DNA of 62,753 bases, counting the filler, from Choristocarpus tenellus KU-1152 (Eukaryota > Protista > Phaeophyceae), in assembly GCA_964200185.2 (NCBI GenBank). It is 7 parts of 7 records of this genome, joined end to end, with 100 filler letters (N's around TTAATTAATTAA, not from the genome) between each part and the next. Parts side by side here need not be neighbours in the genome. Positions count along the whole stretch, not along the records: positions 51,188 to 58,891 come from CAXNAD020005721.1; positions 58,992 to 62,753 come from CAXNAD020018082.1; 5 more parts are not named here. One strand, 5' to 3'. Below the pieces are notes generated by a model. It was not told the DNA's origin and did no database searches. It worked only from the letters and a program-made list of their open reading frames with translations. This document shows positions 51,188-62,753 of the stretch, piece by piece. A program made the position numbers and the translations under genes. Numbering within the stretch: position 1 is the first letter of the stretch; every line of letters starts with the position of its first letter.

Positions 51188-53514
51188 CCCCAGATACTTT
51201 GACCCTCAATATTCTTAGCATAGCCATACTGAACCTACAGTGCACTATGCACTACCCCTAACATACCCTGGTAAATTGTTGCTGTACTTGACTGACTGTT
51301 CTCACACCAACCTTGAGATTAAGGGGAGCATGAGGGTACCCCACTTTCCGTGATTCCCTATCTCCCCTACGCACTTGCCAATCACATCCACCAACAAGTG
51401 CGCATTGTGAAGTAACTGCATGTCCCTGACAGTAAAGCAGCACAGTTACATTACAGTTACAAAAAAGGGTTAAGGATAGGGGTGGATATACACAAACAAT
51501 CAGCTAGAAGTATCAAGTACAGTAGACTTACAGTTACAGTACAGCTGCAGTTTAGGGTTACAAGATCATAGTAAAAGTGTACAAAATGTATACATTTTTT
51601 ATAATTAGGGAAAAATATGACTAAGGTTAGGGTTACCTTCAACCAAACAATAATAAAACTGAGTTTTTTTTCCATTCTTGGGAACAGCATCAGTGAAGTT
51701 AGTGAGAACACTTTGTCGCAATGCGTGAAATCAGACCAGAAGGGTTAAACTTAGTGCCATAAAGGTTAAACTTAGTGCAGTTACTTGGTTGCCTTGCTGA
51801 GGAGAGCAATTGAAAGATACCAGAATTTCAAATTCTCAACATCGCTTGCACCAACTGACAACACACTTGACACTACACTTGACAACAGTGTTGGCACCTA
51901 ATCCCCTCCTCACAGGCAGGGGGTTGCCACTGAAGACCACTCTTGGCAACACAAGGTCTTTGGCAAGGTCAACCAGTTGACCAATCCACCGCAAACCACA
52001 GTCAACTACAGAACGGCCCCATTCACATCGGATGGGTGAGTGAGTTTGGCATCACAGTGTCACAGAAGGCCATGGGAGGTACCACTTCAGTGTCCTCCCA
52101 TCTTAAGCTGGTCACACACATACCAAAAGAGATTTTTCTAACTAACTGCTTAACAACCCTAACCCTCATTTCAAGTATACATGGAGGTGTCACAATCTCA
52201 GTTCCTGAACACAATACAATAAATGAATCGATCATTTGTACACTCTGGAGCATGCACCAATAAGAGTAAATACTATTAATATACTAGTATTACGTATGAT
52301 CATATACATTATTATTATTACAAAAACCAAAGTTTAAGGTTCTTTTTCATAGAGTAATTTGACAATTCATGGGTAGGAATGCGAATGGTGAAGACTCTAC
52401 CACTATATATGCAAGCCTCAGATATGACAAGATCACAGGAGCAAGCCAAAAAGCTGTACATATATATATATATTTACATCTTCCTTATTCTTCTTATTAT
52501 CATAATGTATGTGCTGTATAGTACAGGGGATATCTTTACAGAACACAAAGCATCACATACACAATTTCTTACATTTTCTCAAAAGTTCTTCAAATAGATC
52601 TTGGAACCAATACAAATAACAGTTGGACAAAAAATCCAGGGACACAAATTTAGAGGAAAAATCGTACATTCTCACCAACAAGATATTGCAAGGATCAGTG
52701 GATCAGTTAGGACATTATAAGGAATACCACTATATACAATATAGCCACGTAACATTGACAACACTGACAGTAATTACTAACCCTACTTCATACCTCCATC
52801 AGTTTCTTCAGTAGTAGTCATACCTATCACTTGTGTGTTCACTTCTCTTATCACAACCTTAACCCTAAAAATACCTAGGAAAGATCAAACAAGAACAAAA
52901 ACATGAAATAAAACATTTTTTTGGTACGAACCTCTACATAAATAAAAACACGCCTACACAGTGAGCACCAACATAACCCAAACCTAACTCTAACCCTAAA
53001 CCCTTAAGGTATTAAATTGATTTAAATTACCAAAAAAACAGAGCAACTAATTTTCACAAAAAAATGTGATAACTCCAATATTTCAGTGCAATTTTGAAAA
53101 AGTAGAAACTCAACAATCTAGACTGTGGTAAAACACGGTAAGAAAAGACACATTAGAACATGAATAAAATCATACTACAGCATTAAATTGTGGATTACTT
53201 ACCTAAAATATGAAACATTTCTCCGTAGAAATATTAATAATAAATACACAATTGGCCACTAGCAATGTAAATAATAATAAATACACAATTGGCCACTAGT
53301 AATGTAAATAATAATAACAGTACATGTTTAGATAATCTTGTCGAAATTGGATGGCATGATGATAAAACACTAGAATGAACCCTAACCTTAACTCTAGCAA
53401 CAACCATCTTAAATTAAAAAAAACAATAGCACCAAAAATAACAGTAAGAGTATTATTGGCATTTATAACAAATAACATAAAATAACATAACATAACATAA
53501 CATAACATACACAC

Positions 53515-56500
53515 CTAGCCGTCATCTTGTCGAGATCAGATGGCAGCACACGGTTGAAACAATCGTACAATACATTAGCGTTGCCCTTAACGAGCTCAAT
53601 CATCTCCGCCTGCTCCTCCACACGGCGCACCTATTTTATAAACAAGACAGAACGAAATATTGATCTTATTATAAAGAGAATTATAAAATACGTATGGAAA
53701 TAATATTCCTAACGTTTGAATTCTCATATATATAGAACAGAATAATTTCTAGCTACTGCCATCATCGTTCAGTGTGTTAGACTCAGTAGCTGAGGAAGTG
53801 TTCACCAGGTTAGAAAATAAAAATATACCCCATTCATAGATAGAGGCGATTAACTCATCCACATCGACAATGCACTAAACACCATGTTGTACCCATAACA
53901 TACAAGTGACAGTTACCACAGTAGGTTAACTAACACTATGATATGAAAAATTATGAAGAATATCAAGATTATTAACACTACACGATAAAAAATGTGATAA
54001 ACACCACTTCAAATTCAGTGTGCAAATATTGGTATGCTAGCAGTGTTGTCTGCTATCATACCAATATTATCGTGTACCATATATCATCATTCTGTTCAAG
54101 CATAGTCTTTTCAGGAATCTTGGATTCCAGTGGACGATACTCAGTCAGTGAAGCAGGCGCCATGAAATGTCTTGAAGAGGTTAGGGTTAGGGTTAGTCAT
54201 CAAAGGTGGAGAGGTGGAATACCTTCATCAAGATATACTAAGAGCCAAGGGACTTCTTTTGGAGCCACCTCCTGTCACTCTGATCCTGTACTCTCTACAC
54301 TCCTGACCTCTCTGTGCTTGTCCTTGTACAACTTTACTTCGTCCTCTTGGTTACAGCTTAATACAGCTTGATACAGTTTGGTACAGTTTGATACAGTTTG
54401 GTACGATACAGTTTGGTACAGTTTGATACAGTTTGTCCGTAGTTTGCACGGTGAATCTTTTCACGACCCTTGTCCGACTTAACCACACCAGCATCAAATC
54501 ACACTATCCATATACATCAAATCAAAGGGATGATAGGATGGCTCCAAGGTATTGCAAAGAAGTCATCACCCGTCAATGATTCAACAACACCCCATAAATA
54601 CCAAAATAGACTGCTGTTCAGTTACGTTATTATCGTATCAATAATAATTATAAGTATAATAATTATTATTATTATCGTATCAATTACAATTATAATAATT
54701 ATTATTATTATCATATCCTCATGACTAACATACTTAACTAACAAACAAAAAATCAAACTTGAACAAACCTAACCCCAACCCTAACACTACCATATACTAC
54801 TGATAGTAACACTAAGAATGACCCAGACATTAACCCATAACTCTATCAAGTGGTATTATACCATAGTATACCGATAGGAGCATATAAAATAAAAGTTGAA
54901 CCACTAAAACCAAGAATCGTCTACCAAATCAACAAGGGATGTATGTAACCACCTACGTACATACCTAACCTAACCCTAACTCCAACCCTGTATAAATCAT
55001 AGGGTTAGGGTTCAATGATACAATCTGTTTTGAGATAGAAATGTGCAACAGTCCACACATAACACACACAATTGTACTTTATTGGCACAATAATTGTTAA
55101 TACTACACCATATTGTATTAACATCAATCATCGTAAGTCACTATTTTGATTACTTTACCATCATGGAGGATGGAATTCTGCAAGATAGGAATCTCTTGTT
55201 TTCAGATGAAGGTACAATACACTACTGTTGTTGATACTAGGTAGTCAAAGTAACCTAAAAAAAATAGATATGGACTAAGAACAAAAACATTGACATATTC
55301 ATGAGAAGCAAGGAGGTACAATGCTTCATCTAAGATATTTACATCAATACCCAAAAGAAAGCATGTCTACAGGCTTCAACCTACAAAGAAAGTACGAACA
55401 AATGGGAGTAAATCTGGAAAATACTTTCACTCGGTATATATAGTTGATTGCTTGAAATTACCTGACCCCAACCCAAACCCTTGCAATTCTATGCAGTACA
55501 CTAGGAAAAAAAAAAATCAAACAAAATATGACACTCCAAGAACTAAAACATACAGATGGCAATAGCTACAATAGAAGTAAATACATATACTTATTAAATC
55601 AATAATAATAAACTTCTTGGATAATACTAGGGCAACGGTTGTGCAAGTAGTTTCAGGGATGGAGTCTTAGGTATTTAATGTTTGAATCGCATTTAGACTT
55701 GTCTCATTTGTCTCAAAGGTTTGAAACAACAGCAAGTACAAAGGAGAGGTTGGTTACCTTCATCTGGTATTCACTGTAGGCCCTCTTGATTGGCTCCCTC
55801 ACCAGGATGATCAAACGCACATTAGGCAACTAAAACCACATACAATTCACATCGCATTAACCCACACCAAATACACACAACATTATGTGTATATTACCAT
55901 GTCACATAGAAGACATGCAACAACATGAGGTACATCACAACGTAACACACAGAACAAGGTAGGGTTAGGGTTATGATTAACACATCACATTGCAACACAG
56001 AAGAAAACAAGGGGGTACGGTACCATAGCACATCACAATATAATATAGCACACAACATGATGTATAATAATAGCATAACAAAATATAACATACCATAACA
56101 TAGTCCATCACAATGTAACATAGCACACAACACGATGTATCCTAACAAACAACACAGCATAATATAGCATGACAAAATATAACACATCACAACACAGCAC
56201 ATAACATGATGTATCATAGTAGCCAACATAGTAAAACATGGAACTATAACTTAACATACAACATAACATAGCACATCACAATGCAATATAGTACACAAAA
56301 TGATGTATAATAATAGCCAATACAGAGTAACATCGCATAACAAAGTCTAACAGAACATGAAACACACCATAATATAGCACATCACATCGTAACATAGCAC
56401 ACAACACATTGCGTATCCTAACAAACAAAAGAATAAAACATCGCATGTCAAAACAGAACACAACACAAAACACACCAAAACATAGTTAGGGCTGTTATGA

Positions 56501-58044
56501 GGTGCTATAAATATTGGAGGGTTACGTAAATGGTGGTACAAATATATTGAGAAAAAGCAATGATCATAAACAACAGTAGTAGAACCACCTAATCACCTCC
56601 ATTACGTCCATAATAGAAAAAATAATTATAAAAATAAAACAAGAACTAAAATTATACATTTTTTGTTTATTATTATGGTGAGCATCTCCTCACCATATTC
56701 TTGATGTTAGAACAAGCATTTCTGCTAGCAAGGTAGAATGGAGTTGCCTCACCCACAATAAATGGAGTGATGTTCTCCAACGGCACTGACTCATTCATCC
56801 TGAGCAAAAAATTGAAGGTCATTTTCAAGAGTCAAGGCAAAACCAAAGTACATGTTGTACATCAGTCATGTTGCCAGCATGTAATACATGAGTCAGATGG
56901 TCGCTTGACTCAGAACTTCTCACCAATCACGTCATGATATAATACTGATCATAGTGTGTGTGTTACCTATGCTCCAAGCACTATCAGATGAGGTTGGGTA
57001 CGTAGAGATGCCCTGCGGTTGTGACTATAGTATTATAATTATTTTCACCATTAGAAAAAATCATGTTGAGGTTATACATCGAGGAATAGCTGTATCAGTG
57101 AGAGATACATCACATACCGCATAGTACTATGTTAGTATTTTGGTATTAATATCACATACTACAATAGTATTGTGGTATTAATATCACATACGACCATAGT
57201 ATCATAGGTAATATCACATACAACCATAGTATAATGGGATAAATATCACATATTACCATAGTATTGTGGTATAAATATCACATACTACAATAGTATAATG
57301 GTATTAATATCACATATTACCGTATTTGTAGTCTAAAAGTTAATTTTTGATGTGAACGACAAAATATTTTATCAACTTTTCTATAAAACAGAAAGATTTG
57401 TGGAGTCCTGTGATTGTGTCCATTCTTAAAATGAAGGAAAGGAGGTTAGAGTTAGGGTTTGGGCACTGTCACTAGAGTAGACCATATACTCCTTGGTAGT
57501 ACAGACATATACAAAAACCATACCAGGAGAAGGTATCGTCTTGGATAAGACCAGAAGAAACCGACTGGTTGGTTAAGTTTCGTGACTCTAACCACGGACT
57601 TGGAATCACTCTTAAATAGTTCACATTTTCTACATATAACAAAAAGAAAAAAGAAAAGTAGGAAAAAAAAAAGGTACGGAAAAGTCTCAATAACATTCTA
57701 CTATAAATAAGGTGGGTGCACATCGATGGATGTGTTAGGGTAAGGGATAGGGTTAGGGTTGTTCAGCAAAACAAAATAGGAACACATGATAACATCAATA
57801 CTAGTACCAGTATATTTACCAGTATATTTATTAGTACGTTTACTGGTATATCGGTATTTTTATCAGTGTATTAATCAGTGTATCAATCAGTATATTGATC
57901 AGTATATTTATCTCTAACGCACGCCCTACCTTGGGAACTCCTGTGCATAGCGGTTCAGGCCCATCTTTATCTTTGCATTTGAATCAAAAAAGTGCAGCTC
58001 CTTTCGTAAGGCCATGTTGACATTGGGGTGTTGCTCCAGGATTG
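53515..58044 (-). CDS. PAPS-dependent sulfotransferase (heparan-sulfate 3-O/N-sulfotransferase-like family), 4 internal exons
   Basis: Exons 58044-57930, 56799-56694, 55829-55758, 53630-53515 splice in phase: ILEQHPNVNMALRKELHFFD...YAQEFPR|...IVGEATPFYL...|LPNVRLIILVREPIKRAYSEYQMK|VRRVEEQ... The QHP, KELHFFD, GEATPxY and 3'-PB (RxPxxRAYS) motifs are present. The exon carrying the 5'-PSB motif was not found. Confidence 0.88.
54360..54435. repeat. 10-bp tandem repeat G(A/G)TACAGTTT
   Basis: About seven copies visible. Confidence 0.85.
55840..56485. repeat. Degenerate (ACATA/ACACA)n low-complexity intronic satellite
   Basis: Long A/C-rich tract with pentamer periodicity; it explains the spurious Cys/Tyr/Val-rich ORFs here. 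Confidence 0.8.
57108..57322. repeat. ~32-bp minisatellite, ~6.5 copies, with an internally palindromic unit
   Basis: ATATCACATA starts at 57149, 57181, 57211, 57243, 57275 and 57307. The unit contains ATACTACAAT-AGT-ATTGTGGTAT. Confidence 0.88.
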
Positions 58045-58891
58045 CTGCACAGAAGTTTAAAAGAAACATAAAAGAAACATAGATCCACACAAACGCATCA
58101 AAGAGTGGTCCCACAACGGCTCATAGAAAAGGAATGATCAGGGTCAGGGTTAGGGCTGACAAACACTCAAGCTGAACATATGTTCTGCCTTCATTGATAT
58201 ATGAGAACTAAAAAAACGTATGGTACTTGTCAACCAAAAAAATATCCAATTCATAGTACACGATGGACATCATTTCTTTACAGTGGAGTATAATGACTGA
58301 GTGTATGATAATGAGCCTGGGGAATTTGTCAGGATATAGTGTCCTCAAAATTAGAACTTCTTAGGGTTAAGGTTAGTTAGTTAGCCCTAACCCTAACTTC
58401 TACAATGAACAGGTGAAAAGAAACGGAACAATAACGTTCTTGCATAGGTACAAAGATTAGAGCAAAAAATGGACAACGGATCTATTATATCTCATGCTTT
58501 GTTAATATTTTTGTTAACAGTAATGGGTAGGAATATTCCCACTGTTGTTGTGTGTAACACAATAGGTGATTAGTAGTCGGTAGTCAGTAGTCCATAGGTC
58601 GAACGCCGAAGAATGTCACTACTGTTTGATTAGACTTAGACTTAGACTTAGAATTAGGGTTAGGGTTAGGGACTACTGTTCGATTAGACTCTTCCAACTC
58701 TATCGGACAGTTACTGTAAAATATGTACAGAGTAACAGAACAATCAATTAGTGGTTGAGTTATCAGAAACTATTACTAGTGATTAGTTTAATGTAAATTT
58801 TTCTCATATAAAAGGAAATTTCTCTGATTTTATGGGGTATTGCATGCCCCACCTAATATTAATCAACCACTCTACAGACACCAAGCAATAT

Positions 58892-58991
58892 NNNNNNNNN
58901 NNNNNNNNNNNNNNNNNNNNNNNNNNNNNNNNNNNTTAATTAATTAANNNNNNNNNNNNNNNNNNNNNNNNNNNNNNNNNNNNNNNNNNNN
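58892..58991. other. Artificial contig linker
   Basis: N44-TTAATTAATTAA-N44. Confidence 0.97.
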
Positions 58992-59822
58992 GCGACACCG
59001 GTGTCCTCAGAAATAGGGTGACAGGGCATTTCTGTTTGACCGCGGACAAAAGATGCCGAACGAAGACGTGGATCCCCTTCTTCCCCTTTCACAGATCGAC
59101 AGGCAAATGTCAGACCCGTGTCGTCGACCCTAGAGCATCGTGTTAGCTCGGGCGACCGTGACACTCGTCGGGTCCTTTTTCAGGGAGAACCAGTCCCACC
59201 CCCAAGTTCAACTACTTGTGAGGTGGCCACGTCACAGGCACAGTTCGGGGACTCTGTGCCATCGTACATCGCGCACCACGTTAACGAGTGCACCAGGACA
59301 AACACTGTGCCTCCTGGATGGCTCCAGGACCTCATGCAACTGCATGCTCGTGGAATGGACTCTGATCATGTAAGAACTGTTGAACGAAGTAGCAGCGTTG
59401 CACGCCCATCATCAACACCAGAAGCGAGTCGTTTCAGGTTTCCACTTCGGAAATACCATCTGGTCTTGTCATTACAGGTTTGGGAGAGGAAAATTTACCA
59501 CTCTTGTTTTCCAAATGGCATATGGCGATTTCCTTGCACTCTAGACAGTATGGTGTTGAGAAGCTTGGCGCACATGAGGCTCGTCGCCGGAAGCTAGCAG
59601 TTGAATTACATGATAAAGCACACACTGAATTATTAATTGCCTGTCAACCATCCATCCATCATCATTATATTTTATATACGTCCGTATTCTGTATCATACC
59701 TCCCAAAGGTAATTTGCACAAAACGACCTGATTGTCTTTGAGAAACCCACACATTACAACCAACGACAGTAGCATCTTCTTTGCCAAGTCGTTTTGGCCA
59801 CCACTGTTAGACTGACTGAGGA

Positions 59823-60738
59823 ATGATGCATGATCACAGTCATGAACATGGTGGCGAGGAAGAACATGGTCAGACTGCTGGCCACAGCCACGATCATGAT
59901 CATGGACGCTGGGAAGTTACTTCTGGCGATCTTGAAGAAAGTTTCGTATCCAACTCGCGCCGACAGGCTCAAGCAGATGATACCGCTCTTGAGCAAGCTC
60001 AAGAAACCACTAGGTACGAGTCTCTGGAGTTCCCTCCTTATTGTTCCTCACCATCCAATATGGACATCGCGAAAAATGCCTGAACTCAACAAGTATGACT
60101 TGGCACTGCAGTATATACTAGTCACTGGTATCTTGCCGTTCCTGATGAAGTGACTATGCTTAAACTTGGTTGTCTATAGGTACGTTTTTTTAGATTGGAG
60201 TAGGTATTCTGTCTTTAATGGATTCGAAGACTGTCGTGGGTCGTATATAGTCGCCGTTTTCTCTACCCGAATATCGAAAATGTGCACTTCGATTGAGAAG
60301 TCTGAGACCAAACCAGGGTATATCCCTTCCGCATATTCATGGGGCGTCCGCAATTGATGGGATTACTGTTGAAGGAAGGAATAACATGAATCGTTCATGT
60401 GGTTGAAGATCATCAGGTGAAATACTAAGATATGTTTTATGTGGTGTGATTTTTTTTTCCTTCACCAGCTCGTTTGCGACCACTCCTTTCAGTTGCGTTG
60501 GTCTAAGACTCGTTCGCCTTTATATTTTCTCTCTCACATCATAATCGTTTCCTCCCCACTACCCCCTTCTTGACTCCAACGAATCGAGCTTGTGCTCCTC
60601 CCACTCACCCCATCCAGGAAACTAAAGTGTGCAACAATCTTTGTGTTAATGTTTTTCGTGGTGGAGATTGTCGGGGGCATCTGGTCGGGTTCGCTTGCCA
60701 TTATCAGTGACGCAACGCATCTTCTGGCAGACGTTAGC
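59823..60738 (+). CDS. Cation diffusion facilitator (ZnT2/MTP1-like zinc transporter), first 2 exons
   Basis: Exons 59823-60013 and 60618-60738: His-rich N-terminus MMHDHSHEHG..GHSHDHDHG, then R|KLKCATIFVLMFFVVEIVGGIWSGSLAIISDATHLLADVS, containing the CDF signature SLAxxxDAxHxxxD. Confidence 0.9.
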
Positions 60739-62753
60739 GTGAGTTTACATGTCGTTACTCGCATTCTCAATGGATTTTTTCTTTTTTGTGTTCTCCTGCG
60801 GTGTTCACGCATATCGTAATGATGCACAACCCCTTTGCAGACAGTGAATGTACATTTGGTTGTCGATACCAACTGCTTAGGACTATTTTTCTTGCTGCTA
60901 TCCATCCCCAATCCACTCACCTACACATTGTCCCTTTTTCTGGTCTTTACTCTTTCTCATCTTTGCTCTCGTTGAGCATCACTGTTGTTTGACTAGTACA
61001 TAGGTGGAGCATTAATCAATGCCGAGTTATTGGTGCAAAGTGAAGTCCTATAAATGGGAACTACTTTTATTCCACCCTTCCTCAGTAGAATCGCCCCATG
61101 GGGGATATATGGAGTGCAAACTCTAAGGCAGGGATCCTACACACAGTTTTCGGGATAATATAATCTACAAGTATTACTTGGAAAGTGTTTAACTGGAAAA
61201 AAACTTTGTCAATGAGCTTTACAACTTACAATGCACAACAGAGGCAACGTACACAAACCGGTGACTCGCAGCAAAGATGCTGAGGTTTGTAAGTACAGCA
61301 CATATTTTTTGCTTGGCCTGTTTGGAAGATTGTTGGCACCTAGCTGTGCAACTATGTGATTTCGCAGGACAGAGGATTGTTTAAACCTGGTTGTGATATG
61401 TCTGAAGTCTAGAAACTGCTGTGCCCACATGAGGGTAGTGTGCTTTGAAAGATATGGACAGAAGGCGTCAGATGCCAGTTGTAGGTGATATTTGGTGCCC
61501 ATGGCGTTAGTTGATCGTGCGGTAGACTACTTTTCTCGCCTTGTGTCACCTCTTGTTCAGGCGTATCTTTCCCTCAAAATGGCCTCCATCTGTGTTATCC
61601 ACATGCATTTTTTCTCCCTGCAGAACATGAAAATATATATATATGTAAGTACATTTTTTTGTGTGTCAATCAAATTCGTCGATATATAATTGTCCTTCTA
61701 CATTCTCAACCCCTGGGGTCCCCTGGTAGGGCATTAGCAATTGATGAGCATAGTGAAGGTGCAATGTTTGGTTCTCCTTTCCTTGAAGTACTGGGGAAGT
61801 GGTATAGTAAGCTGGGATTTTTACTAGGAATACCTAGCAAGTGGCACTAATATTTTTTTTAGGGGAAAGGGGGGCAGAGGTTTTGATTTTGGAATACTGA
61901 CAAACATCGGGTAATTTGTACCATTGGAATGGAAGGGTCGGAGGGTCATGAATACGCACAACACTCCTCCATATCTTGACTGCGTTGAATGGGGTCAGTG
62001 GTTCTATAGAGAGTCCGATTGGGAGCTAGGCTTTTTTTTTTTTTTTCAAAGCAGAGTCACCACGATATGAGCACGATATGAGCATGAAGTACCACCCCCT
62101 CTAAGTATGGTTGTTTGTCCAACAATCAGATTTCTAAGTTCTTATCCTTGATATTTCCTTGATATTTCCTTGATATTTCCTTGCCGAAGCAAACAATCAC
62201 CCCAAGATTGCCTGGCTCTTTCAAGTAGGTGGGGATAGGGCAACCATGCGGCGAACTTCCTGCAGTTAGTTGTGAGGGCACCTTCCAACTTTGTACTACG
62301 CTAAAGTGTGCAAACAGTTGATTTTTTGTGAGGTGATCACACCCTAATGGACAACCTTTCCCTTTGCCACAAACCCCCAACACCGCTCACATGAAGCTGG
62401 GGAGGAAAATCCAACCCTTTCTTTCCACTGATGGTGAATTCAGATAGAGAAGTTGGATGTCTCATAACTGTAGATATTCCGTAGCCGTCAATTGGAACCA
62501 AATAGGAATAGCGTTCACGTATTCACATTTTGTTAAGACACATTTTGTTAAGACTGTACTACCCCCCCCTATTTTTTTTCTTTTTAAAATTTTAACATAA
62601 GAAAAAATTATCGTGTCAAGTACACAGAGTTTCTCAATTCAAGATCCAGGCTGGTATTTTCCTGTTGTACAGGCACGATCTCGTACCACAGCTGCCTGAT
62701 TATACACACACAACTACCCACCCAGTCTTACCCTCCCATCCCCCCCCACCCTC

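Noticed and set aside
55894-56541. Cys/Tyr/Val-rich hydrophobic ORFs
   Set aside because: They are translations of a degenerate pentamer satellite inside an intron.
57108-57322. CRISPR-like array of palindromic ~32-bp repeats
   Set aside because: The repeats are contiguous with no unique spacers, there are no cas genes, and the context is a eukaryotic intron.
23339-58991. Regularly recurring TTAATTAATTAA motif flanked by Ns, and any apparent gene cluster spanning it
   Set aside because: It is an artificial six-frame-stop linker. Adjacency of genes across linkers has no biological meaning.
59053-59731. GC-richer ORFs upstream of the CDF transporter
   Set aside because: Possibly a separate gene cut by the contig start, but strand and frame could not be determined.
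61561-61850. Possible third exon of the CDF transporter (AYLSLKMAS; MFGSPFLEVLG)
   Set aside because: Only a weak resemblance to the expected TM2-TM3 motif, with no convincing splice pair.

Overview
This is eukaryotic, intron-rich genomic DNA (GT-AG introns, scattered TTAGGG repeats). The gene set fits a stramenopile alga such as a brown alga or relative; that assignment is inference. The window is not one locus: seven contigs are joined by artificial 100-nt linkers (N44-TTAATTAATTAA-N44). Host genes I could splice by hand: a 5-exon sigma-like glutathione S-transferase, intact except for one in-frame TGA at the conserved Arg14 position; a complete 6-exon NBR1 autophagy receptor (PB1-ZZ-FW-LIR-UBA); and partial genes for trehalose-6-phosphate synthase/phosphatase, mitochondrial methylmalonate-semialdehyde dehydrogenase, a RecQ/WRN-like helicase, a sulfotransferase and a His-rich CDF zinc transporter. 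Mobile DNA includes two related Ty1/copia remnants, a decayed mariner with Stowaway-like TIRs, a MITE family and a possible hAT relic. Three signals stand out. (1) An intronless, highly divergent RNA polymerase second-largest-subunit (RPB2/beta) fragment overlaps a convergent ORF tail-to-tail, which suggests an endogenised large DNA virus or cytoplasmic plasmid. (2) The GST carries a single UGA at an active-site residue. (3) Both copia elements have a perfect palindrome (TGCTA...TAGCA) where a tRNA primer-binding site is expected.
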